From assembly GCF_021028975.2 (NCBI RefSeq), contig NC_059434.1, positions 88,846,001 to 88,910,000 of the forward strand: a stretch of 64,000 bases of DNA. The letters are read 5' to 3'. Origin of the DNA: Sphaerodactylus townsendi (taxonomy: Eukaryota). The notes under the pieces are model-generated. The model searched no databases, had not been told where the DNA came from, and saw only the letters and a list, made by a program, of their open reading frames with translations. Positions 13,694-24,681 of this stretch are shown here, piece by piece. The translations under genes were made by a program, and so were the position numbers. How positions within the stretch are numbered: position 1 is the stretch's first letter; the number at the start of each line of letters is the position of its first letter.

Positions 13694-14744
13694 TGTTACC
13701 GACAGGAAAATAAACAAAATATTTTCCTGAAGTCAGGTTGCCTAGCTACACCAGCTTCATGCCTGGACACAGAAGCCTTCATAAGGTTCACAAAGAATGT
13801 ATATGCATGATTGTGCCAAGGCTATATGGTTTCCCTTGTGTTTGTGTCATTCTAGGATGTGGTAAAAGCTCCTCTTAGTTAAGTTTATGCCTGTAGTTTA
13901 GGATTTTAGTTTAACAAGGTTCTTCAGTTAGGTTAAGGTTCTATTAGTTTTAAGCGAGCCCTGCCAGTAGGTAGATGTACAGTCCTGCCTATAAGTATAA
14001 GTATGTGTGTTTATCCTTTAAGGTTTTCCTAATGTTTAAGTTAGAAATGTTATTTTTGAAATTTGTGTCTGAGAATAGAAGCAATAGCCAGTTAAGGTCT
14101 AATATTAAAGAACCAGGGAAGTTGGCTCTGGAATGCAGCTTAGACCAACGCCCAGCCGATCCTTTGATAAGAACAACGACCCTCTTTGGACTTGCTAATT
14201 GAATCTGTTGCCAGCACCCAAGGGTCACCCAGCCGTTGGAAGATGTCACCCTGTTTTGCTATTGGACTGTTTGAAGTTTTACTCTCAGAATCCAGAAGCT
14301 CATTGGACTGTTCACATCCTTACTTTCAGGATCCAAGAATTCATTGGATCATTTACACTTGTCTTTGTCTAACACTCCCAAGGAACCACCTCAGGCAAGA
14401 AGGTGTGAGCTTTTCTTCTGGGATTTGATCTCATCAGCATGTGCAAAGGGATTGTTTTCTCCCTTAGGTGTTCTAGGATATTTTCTCTGTATTAGATGGA
14501 AGGAGACTGCCCCCTTCCTGGGTTTTGCACTATGGGGGTGGGACTGCCCTACACCCCCTTTCTGGGTTACTGGGAAATGTATAAAAGGGGCTGATGCACA
14601 GCCATGTGGGGGTCCTTTTGCTGAGCTGTGCCAGGAAATCACTTGCAATAAAATCCTTCCTGCTTTGAAGAAACACCTGCTTCCTGCACCTCATTAAGTT
14701 GCTGAGCTGAAATCACTTATTGTTACTGGCAATTCGCTGTAACA
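13694..14744 (+). mobile_element. Solo LTR (~1.05 kb)
   Basis: TGTTAC...GTAACA termini, TATAAAAG at ~14580 and AATAAA at ~14648. GTTG occurs at both flanks (overlapping the 5' TG). Inserted into a CR1 3' UTR. Confidence 0.75.
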
Positions 14745-17700
14745 GTTGGACTTGATGGCCCTTGGGGGTCTCTTCCAACTCTATGATTATAAGTCCATTG
14801 TTTTAATCCCAGTGGACCCAAGGTGCTCACACGATTCTCCATTCTGTCTTTGCAACAACTCTGTGAGGTAGGTGATGCGGAGTGTTGGGTTTCTTGTTGG
14901 TTAATATAGCAGCTTTGCCCAGTCATGGGAGTGTGATGCTGAATCCAGTAAAATCAGTCTTCTCAAAAAGTAAACTGCAAAGAGGAAAACTTACATTTAA
15001 GTAGATTCTGTTCAAACTCTTGTTGCAGTTGAAAGAAAGATCGAAATCCTAATCTAAAGAATATACTTCCTTATACAAGTGGGCACTTGTTGGTGCATCA
15101 TATGGGAGCTGAGTGCAGGTCTGGAATATTTGCTTCTGCAGGAAAGACCTGTAGGAGCGTCTGAGTCTGTGCCGGTCCATGTGGAAAAGGTGTGACAAAG
15201 AGCAATGGCTAAGTCAGAAGGAGGAGGGTCAGGGGGAAAGGTGCAGGAAAAGAGAGGAACATCCCACCAAGAGATAACACTGATGCACTTAGAGAGACTT
15301 AGAGCCCCCCCCCCCCAACATCTCGTGCTGAGTTGTGGTCTCCAACACTGGGGTGGGGGGGGACTGGTAGTGGTTCAAGGTCACCCAGAAAGCCATAATC
15401 AGGCATAGGGCGTTCCAGTTTTGGCACTGCAGCACCCATCGTCATCCTGAAATGTGGGGCCAGTGTTGAGACTCTGTGTTGAATTATACCTGCTGCCACC
15501 AAAAGGACAGGCCAGTGGGCATGTAGGTCCTTGTGTCATTCCAGACTCTTGTGGTCCAGAGGGCTTTGCAGGCAATGGGGGGAACGTGCAGTTTCCTTTG
15601 CCGGCCCCAGTCTCAGCCTGCTCGACTCCAGTGCCGATCTCCCTTCTTCACTCTCCCCTCCCTCCCCCATTCCTCAGGCCATTTTAAAGCTGCCTTTGCT
15701 GCCCCCAGCAGGTTAGCTGTGACCTGCTGCCAGTCCCCATCCCCAGTGTTTATCACTGTTTGTGAGAACATGAATGGGAGCAGGAGAGGGGGAAAGGCGA
15801 GTTCTAAGCTGACGCTAACACAGAGGGGTAGTGGGGTGCAACGCCCTGGGCGGAGTCGCAGGGGAGTAGTGGCCAGGCCAGGGAGGGGGCGGGCATCACC
15901 ACAGCACAGCCGCCAGGCGCCTGGGGTGCAGTTTTCCCTTGCTCCGCCTCTGCGCTAGCGGTCATCTTGCATTGAGGACTTATCTGAAGGAAATGCAAGA
16001 GACTATTTTGTGTGGCCAGGGAGGGCCATTTTATAACGGGGGTCTCCAATGAGGTGCCCGAAGGCAGCAGGGCCCCTGACAAACATTCTTGCAAGTAAGT
16101 GGGGCTTTTGTCCAGCATGGCTTCTGATTGGCTGTGCAGATTTTTAAAAGTTGCTATGGGAGCAGCAGCTGCTGAGCAAAAGTCTTCCCACTTCCCGGTG
16201 TGCCTGAAGGCCAGCTGCCTGCAAGGAAAAAGAGGGTTTTAAGCAATATGCTCCTTTGAAGGGCAACCTGCCTACAAAGTTGAAGAGTTACTGCTATGCA
16301 TCACCTCACTCCCTGACATTTCAAGGTTGGCGTTGCCTCCTGCAGCTGCCCTTGGGTGTTTATGTCCACAACTCCTTCTTTGGGTCACCCCTGGAGAGAA
16401 AGGCCAGCTGCAAATGAAATAAACACCTTGTCAGAGTCCCAAAGTACCCCAGGCTCAAAAAGGCAGTGGGCCCCTGTGCTAGATGCAGCGGGAAAACACT
16501 GGGCTGCTACTGGGCCCTGAAACTTTTCTGTTGCTTTGATCCGAACAGGTCTTGCAAGTGAACCGGGCACATTTCCCACCAAGCCAAGTGCAAGAGGCAG
16601 AATCTAGAATGAACAGAGCAGTGTAAGAGAGATGCAGGGACACAAGAGGATTGCCTCCTGGGGGGAGGGGGACCGGGGGGGAGCGCAGCTGCTTTGCATC
16701 GAGAAGGTTCACGAGCTTTGGGCAATCATAAGCCAGGGAGTGGGTGGTTTCTACAGCCAAGCTGGTGAGTGGTTTGGGGTTGGCGAGGCAGGCTTAGAAG
16801 CCACTCAAAGGGCCACACAGCCAATGAGCTGCTCAGTTGGAGCAGCAGGGTTAACAAACTTGGCCACAACAATATATAGAGGGCTTTAAAAAGCAGCCCC
16901 CACAAGGAGCACTAGAACCTAGGCCTGCGCAAGCACTGCAGAATGTGCTCTCCTCACCCAAACAGAGACCCCCTTCCGAACACAGTGTGTGCAGCCCACC
17001 GCCTGGGTTTCAGGTCAACAGATCCTTCTTGTGGAAAGGAATTCCAGAGAGGCCCTCCCCACCCAAAGCGCTGGAGGTCTTGATGCCCAGGGTGGCTTGC
17101 ATGGTGGTAAAAGCTTCAACCAATAGACCTTCCTCTTATAAACTGGCCCCAAGTCCTCATTCTGTGTGGCAGTCTTTCAGGTATGCATTGTCCAGGTAGA
17201 ACAAAACAACACCACACCAAGGGCCACAAAGCACTCACAACGACATCGTCAGAGACAGTGGAGCAGACAGACCCGTGTGAGGCTTGCAGGCTCTTATCTC
17301 TGGCAACCGTTTCCTCAACCACGTCTTCCCTGCAGTGCTGCTACCTAACAGCTGTTGCTTTTTAAGCAGGGATCATGTTATAACGATAGCTTGCCCTGTT
17401 CCTCCAACTTCCCAGTTTTTATTTCAAAAACAAGCCTCTAGCCCTTTTCATTGCAGTGGTACAAGGAGAAACTGGACGTTCTGTTTCTATGCAGCAGAGA
17501 GCCGTGAAACCAGCAAAGAGGGGCAGCCAGTCGAGGGAAGGGAGCCTTGGGAAGAAGCCGGCTTTTGGCCTGCCTGCGACTCAGATCGGCTCTTGACTGA
17601 CTGTCCCCACAAATGCGGACACTCCCACAGGACTGGGATTCCCTGTTCTTCTGTTGCAGCAAACAGACAGACCCAGATCTTTTGGGAACTCTAAAGGTCT

Positions 17701-19305
17701 GCATCTTTTGCAGTCTGCTGAACACACAGGCAAGTGCTGCCCTCATGCGGCCACTGTGAGGTAGGCGCTAAGAAGCCAAAATCACAACACAATACATATA
17801 TATATATATATGTATAAGGAAAGCAGGAATAGTGTGCAAACAATCAAACATAAGCAAAAGGAATACTATACCCAGGCTACATGTGATACGAAATGTGTAA
17901 GATTTAATACAATAAGTGTAGAAATATCTGAATAAATAACAAAAACAGCCAAAATGTCTAATAAAATTATAAAGTCCCCAATAGTGCAGAGAATCCAAAC
18001 ATGGGACCAGCTTGGCTCTGTTGTCTGTTTCCTGGTGAAATTATTTCACTTTCGCAGCCATAGATTTTAATCTTGCCCATATGTTCTGAAATCACTATCA
18101 TGGGATCTATTATACAAAGCAGTAATTAAGAACTGTATAATAATACACATGATAAACATATTCCAAATCCACTCATTATAAATATAGGATCATAAATGGC
18201 AGTAATAAAACTCTATCAAGAAACATACATATATAATACAATGGCACTTACATGCTGTGTATGTTAATAAATTCATAGATGTGACATTTTCCAGTAGGCT
18301 AATATCACAGCTGCCAGTTCTTTAGCTGGTTGTTGGCCTTTCATGACAACTGGAGCCTCACCCAGAGGCCATCCTTGGCTGTGTGTGGTGCTTTCTCTCT
18401 CATGGGATTCCCTGGCCCCACGACCTCCTGACCTGTATCTGGTCCCCTTCCCCCTGCTCCACCTGGGAAGCTATGAAAGGAAAGGGGAGCCTTCCTTGCC
18501 TGGTCTTCCTGCTGCCTGCCTGCCTGCCCTGCTGCCTTTCCCAAGTCCTGGCTCAGTTTTGCCTTCTGACCATGCTCCTCCCTGCTGATGCCTGACTCCT
18601 CCTGGCTGTGTTCCAGTGATCAGCCTCTCCTGGCCTCTCTGGGAAGAGATCGTCTCCCATGATTGCTGAGCCTGTAGAGGCCATCCCACCCCACCCCCAA
18701 TCTCAGCAAGTGGGCCCAGATTTGCCACTCCTCCATCCAATCTCGATGGGGAAGGCCAGAGTTGCTCCGGCCTCGCCCACTGAGGCCACCGCCCCAATCT
18801 CCCCCATCGTGGCTCCAGGCCCCCACGCCTACCTTCAGCCCACTGCTGCAGCATAGGGTGGGCCTGGGGCCTCCCCTGGCCTCCGTCACAGCCGCAGCTT
18901 CTCCAGACTAGAGGGGACAGCTGCCGCCGCTGCCGCTCCAGGCCCACCAAAGGTAGGTCAAACCCCCTGTTTATTTTTAAAAAACTTTCTGGATTTTGAA
19001 TTGTTGTTGTTGTTGTTTATACAGTTTGATATCCTGCTCTCCCCACCAGTTGGGCTCAGACCAGCTACCAACCTACATAAATACAGCTATATAACAATAA
19101 ATACAATATAAAACAATTTAACAATTTAAACTTTAAAACTGTGCAAGATGGTGCATGGAGGGTGGACACTTTGGTTCTTCATTTCAGTTCCATTCATGGG
19201 AAAAGGGAAAGGGAGGGGCGGGGGGGGGAGTCCTCGACTATAGGCCTGGCAGAATTGCTCCATTTTGCAGACCCTGCTGGAGAACCGTGGCAAGTCCCAC
19301 AGGAC

Positions 19306-19436
19306 NNNNNNNNNNNNNNNNNNNNNNNNNNNNNNNNNNNNNNNNNNNNNNNNNNNNNNNNNNNNNNNNNNNNNNNNNNNNNNNNNNNNNNNNNNNNNNN
19401 NNNNNNNNNNNNNNNNNNNNNNNNNNNNNNNNNNNN
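19306..19436. other. Assembly gap (131 N)
   Basis: Run of N. Confidence 1.
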
Positions 19437-19559
19437 CAGTTGAGGACAGTCAGATTCTTTGTGGCCCAGGGACCTCCAACAGATTGCTATGAGCAGAGCA
19501 CAGTGTCCTCCAGGGGCTGGATGGGGTATATTGGGAGAGGGGGTCTCATGCTGGTCCCA

Positions 19560-20125
19560 GGCAGTTAAGGGCTTCAAATGTCAAGACTGTAACCTTCAAA
19601 TGGATCCCGCACTCCACCTCAGCTATGGCAGCTCATAGAGCTCAGGTCTAATGTGGGCTCCCCATGACGTTCCAGTGAGGACCCTCACAACCACATTTTG
19701 GACTCTCTGGATCGGAGCCAAGGGCAGTCCTGTGTAGAGCAAGTTGCAGTAATCAGTCCTCGAGGTGACTGTTGTGTGGATCACTGTGGCGAGGTCAGTG
19801 AGGGACAGAAAAGGCACGAGTTGCCTGACTTGTCAATGGTGGGAAAAATGCCAGTTGGGCTACATTTGTGACCTGGTCCTCCACAGAAAGGGAGGCATCC
19901 AGAGTCACACCCAGACTCTTGACCGGTGGCTTAGGTGTCAACTGCACACCATCAAGAGTCGGGAGCTGGAACCCCGTCTCCCTCCCTCCCTCCCCCCTTT
20001 CACCATGACCCATCCACAGGATCTCCATCTTTGTTGGATTCCACTTCAGCCGACTGCTTCATCCATCCCACCATGGCATCCAAACAACTGGTCGAATCCC
20101 AATTCACTATCCTCTTGTTAGTAAA
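19560..20125 (-). mobile_element. L2-type LINE fragment
   Basis: Degenerate ORF2 C-terminus: VKSLGVTLDASLS...; LATVIHTTVTSRTDYCNLLYTGLP...VQNVVVRVLTG. Confidence 0.8.
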
Positions 20126-20157
20126 GAGGAGAGATTGTGTCCTAACTACATGACTAG

Positions 20158-20193
<36 letters not shown>

Positions 20194-20698
20194 AATGGGC
20201 AGAGCAATCCTGAGGCCCCTCATTTCTGGGATGGGTGGGAGATCTCCTGATATGACTACTGATCTCCAGGTTACAAAGATGACTTCTGTTGGAGGAGATG
20301 GCTGCTTTGGAGGGCGGGGCTTATGGCATCACACCCCATTGAGGCCCCTCCCCTCCCTAAACTCCATCTTCCCTAGGCTCCACCCCCAAATCTCCCAGAA
20401 TCCCCCAACCTGGAGCTCACAGCCCCTAAGAGTCAGTCCTTGGGGAAGATGGGGTGTGTCTTCTAGGTGCCCAAGGATGGCGAAAGAACCATTTTAATAT
20501 TCTTGATCCTGCAGACTCCTTGGGCTTGAGGTTCGGCTGGAAGCATCCAGGTTCTGGTAGAGTTCCCAGGGGCTGCTGAGAGGCCGGCTGGATGGGGGGT
20601 GGGGGTGGTGGGCTTGTCTGAGTTGAAACAAATGGGCGTGGGACTGGCTCAGGACAACTGCTTTTTTGCGGGGAGGGAGGCTGAGATTGACTGGTTGA

Positions 20699-22307
20699 CA
20701 AAATCATGGTTTTCTCCAACAAATACACAGATGGTCCATACACGGACTTCCCATTGAACAGGTTTTAAATATCTAGGGATCCATCTACAATCCAACCCCA
20801 AGTGGGTTCATGATAGAAATGCTGTGGTGAAGGGCTACACTGCTGCTATAAGTGCGGTGTGCAACTTTTTCTACTCTAAAGGGCAGAAACACATTCCCTC
20901 AGCCCTGAAGGTATTTCGAGTATCTCTCTCCTGCAGCAACTCCTGTGTAATATGGATCCCTATCTGGTGTAGTGAGGGAGAAAAAGTACAATCAACGTTT
21001 CTGCACAGAATATTCGGAGTCCCGCATTGCGCTCAACACTCGGTCCTATGCCTAGAAGTGGGCACCTATTTGCCAGTCACTAGGCTAGGGCATGGGTCCT
21101 GACTTTTAAATTCTGGATGAGGTTATGCTTCCATCTAGACCCTGGCAGCCTACTCCGCAGGGCCTTAGCTAATACACAAGACTCACAATGGTGGAATACA
21201 ATTACTGCCAAGCTCACCCTATTAGGTTTTTCTCTGGAGGAGTTCATGAGGGACCCTCGAGAAATATACAGTCTAATTAAAACCAGACTATTTGATCAGG
21301 AACAACAATATCTAATCAGCCATGCCACAACATCATGCTCCCCATTGCACCTCCGTATCAACCCTGAGGTGGGTAAGATGGCCAATTATTTACTACAAGT
21401 TCCAGATCCTAAACAAAGCTGGGTTTTGACTTGAGCCAGGTGTAGCGTCTTCGCCCCTGCCTCTATACAAGACTGCTTTCAGAAGCTCCCTTTATCCGAT
21501 AGAGCATGCCCATATTGCCCCACTTTGGTTGAAATGTTGGAGCATATTATATGCCACTGTCCTAAATATCAACTACTGAGGGAAGCCCTTTTAACATCAA
21601 TTATGAGCAAAGCCCCTCCCAAACTCTGCATTGTTAAATTGCTGAATGGGAATGATCCTGTAATCCTAGGGAAAACAGCCCATTATTTGCTGCAGGCAAT
21701 GACACCAAGAGAAATTAACACCACAGGCAATACTCTCTCCTTACAATGATATTCAGCATAAATATCTGCAACAAAGGTAGCTGAATTTAATATAATTTTA
21801 AAATAATTTTGTTAAACAAATATGATAAATACATCAAATGTGGTCTATTGCGTATTTTTATCTTTGGTACTCTTGCTTTTTTCATGTATGGATCTTGGGA
21901 GTCTATTGTCAGACTTTCCAAGTTTTACTTAAAAAATAAAGACATTGTGTAATTAGTCACTACATTTTAAGCATATTATCGTAAACAGAATGCAGGGAAG
22001 GTTAAACTCCTCTCAGTAAATATGCTGTCCAGTGGATCCTATGGGATATGCAAAACCTAGAACCTAGTTTACATTGGTCTATTCTTCTAATCATAATTCT
22101 CCCTATGTCAAAACTGAACCAACACCCAAAATATTATCTCTATGACAATGTTTATGCTATGCTACCAAACTGCTTCTATAAACGAACTGGAATTTTCGAC
22201 ACTACAACTAGATATAGATGGCAACCATAATCCTCCCTAAATCTTGTACTTTTTACCTGTGTCCATCTGTATTTTACAGTCAATAAAGGTTTTGTATTGT
22301 ATTGTAT
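20699..22307 (+). mobile_element. Non-LTR retrotransposon 3' part (RTE-X-like; clade uncertain)
   Basis: KYLGI RT-thumb motif near 20770, disrupted ORF with C-terminal CCHC knuckle CPYC...EHIICHC, AT-rich 3' UTR ending AATAAAGGTTT(TGTAT)n, TGGTTGA at both flanks. Confidence 0.65.
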
Positions 22308-23938
22308 TGGTTGAAACCTGGCAGAGGGGAGCGCAGCATCCCACAACACTGGCTGGGCGGGCGGAGATGAACTGAGCACCAGGCGTCTGCAACAGCAGTG
22401 ATGTTTACTGAGGGCTCTCTGTGGTTGGCTTGATGGCATCCCCCCCCCCCCACACCCACCCACCATGGCTGATCTTGCATCCCGTGCTCTAGGCCAGGGA
22501 TGCAGAGGTACAGGATTCCTCGGTTGCAGCCCTTCTCCTGGGTCCGTGTGCAGATGAGCCACTCCACCAAACTCCACCAGGCAAGGACTGGCAAACCCTC
22601 ACCAGGTTGTCTCTGGGGCCTGACTGTGGGGTGTGCATCCCAAGCTGGCAGGTGCTGGCCTGTCGAGAGGGTGGGGCCCACCGTGGGTGCCTCTGGCATG
22701 GCGCAGCTCACCCAAGCACCAGAGAAAAAAAGAGGGTGGGCTGGCTGGGCTATTCAGAGATGCCCCCTCCCCTCAGCCCTGTGCCCCCATGTCTCTCGCT
22801 GCACTTCACCTGCCAATACCCTCCTGCTACTGAAACCCACCTACATCAACATGACAGGTAATAATGCTGAGCCCCTTCTCTCTCTCTCTCTCTCTCTCTC
22901 TTCCCCCCCCCCCCATGCTTGCCTGCTGTAATGAGCCAGCTGGCAGCATCTGCTGTCACTCGCCTGTCCCTGAGAAACTCATTAAACTGCTACAGATGCT
23001 GACAGGGCGAATGGTGGCCTGGCGGGGGTGGGGGTGGGGGGGAGATTCCTTGTGGCCATGCTCTGCTTGGCTGTGCCCACCCCAGCCTTGCTGCAAGCCT
23101 GAGCCAGAGGTGGGCAGGTGTGGCTTCCACAGTAATAGCAACGGAGTGCACCTGCGGGGGGGGGGGGGGGGGAGGGGACAGGCTCCTGGCACGGGAAGGC
23201 TGGGGGTGCCTCAGAATCCGAGGGCCAGGAAAAGTCCAGGAAAAGGGGCCGGGATGTGAGTCCCGGTTGTGGCCGGCAGTGAAAGCCTTCGACAACACAA
23301 CATTTCGAACCAGCTGCAGGTTCTACCACCCTGGGGAGGGCAGCTCCAAGGTCTCTCAGTTGGGAAATGGGGCTGGGTGGAGCCTGGGGGTGGGAGAGGA
23401 GGGGCCCCAAGAGGGGTGTGACGCCCCACAGCCAGCCCTCCAAAGCAGCCCTTTCTCAAGATCTACCAGACCACGGCCACACAGCCCAGAAACCCCCAGC
23501 AACCAACTCGTTCGAAATGTTTCCTCCGTTCTTTCTGGGGGCGTGTCGGTCACTGTGCAACCCCCTCCCCACGTGGACTGCTGGAGTCTGCCTTCGCCCA
23601 TCAAAGCCAGTCTTGTCTGCTCAAGGCAAGCAACCGTCTTGAGAAAGGAACATTTGTTTCTTACTCCTTTTCTCTGCCCACACAAGTCAGTTCAGCTGCA
23701 AATGCTCCACCTACCCTGAGTTGAGTCTGATGTGCCCTTTTGCCTGTTTGGATTTGGTTCTGTTCTGTTATTGCAAAGACCAGCTATCTTGTTCTAGGCA
23801 CCAGAGAGTGTGAACAGCTGGTGGGTTGGTCATTCTTTACAATGTTCTGGCCAGGACAACATAGCCTTGGAAATATCTGAAACAGAAGGAAGGGCATCCT
23901 TGCTCTCCCCCCAATCTCCAAGGGGGGACCCCTTGGAG

Positions 23939-24300
23939 TGTTGGAAGAGAAGGACTTTACACTGTTTCCTGCCTCAACCACAGAGGGGTTTTTACCAGTA
24001 AGCCAGATGCTAGATCGGGACCCAGGGATCCACACCTTTACTCTATCATGCTGGCTCTATCCCTTTGATGTTAGACTGATACTCGCAGGGACCTCCTTCC
24101 AGCTCCCTCCTTCTTGCTCTCTAACCACTTCTACTGCACCTTGTGTGTAGAGAGGATGGAGGCTGAGTGCATCCATCCGCATCCAGCTAGATTAGATTAG
24201 ATTGTGAACCTTTCTATCCAGAATGGAGTTCACTAATAAATACTCTTTTTATTAGATTAGAAACTACAAACGACTCTGACTTTTCTTTGTGCCGTAGCAC
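23939..24300 (+). mobile_element. Partial solo LTR, same family as 34304-34803 and 42218-42698
   Basis: Starts TGTTGGAAG; clear reverse-complement similarity to the other two copies (e.g. TTCACTAATAAATACT). Confidence 0.75.
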
Positions 24301-24533
24301 TCACAAGCATGTTTGGGAGGTGCTTCGCTGTGCTGCAGCCTCCCGTGCACTCTGCTTGTAATGCAAAGGTGTCATCTCCAAGAGGAGATTATCCAACATG
24401 GAGAAGGTGTGTGAAGAGAGTCTCCAGGTTACCAGCTCTAGACAGGGTGCAATCACTGGACGTCAGAGGGGCAGGGAGATCTCTGGTGGCTGATGGGGCA
24501 GTAATCCAGATGTTGTTGGTAAAGATATTAGAG

Positions 24534-24681
24534 CAGGGGTAGGGAACCTGCGGCTCTCCAGATGTTCAGGAACTACAATTCCCATCAGCCCCTAGCAGCA
24601 TGGCCAATTGGCCATGCTGAAAGAGGCTGATGGGAATTGTAGTTCCTGAACATCTGGAGAGCCGCAGGTTCCCTACCCCTG
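24534..24681. mobile_element. hAT-type palindromic MITE
   Basis: CAGGGGTAGGGAACC...GGTTCCCTACCCCTG, near-perfect 148-nt inverted repeat with perfect 8-bp TSD TATTAGAG (24526-24533 / 24682-24689). Confidence 0.92.
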
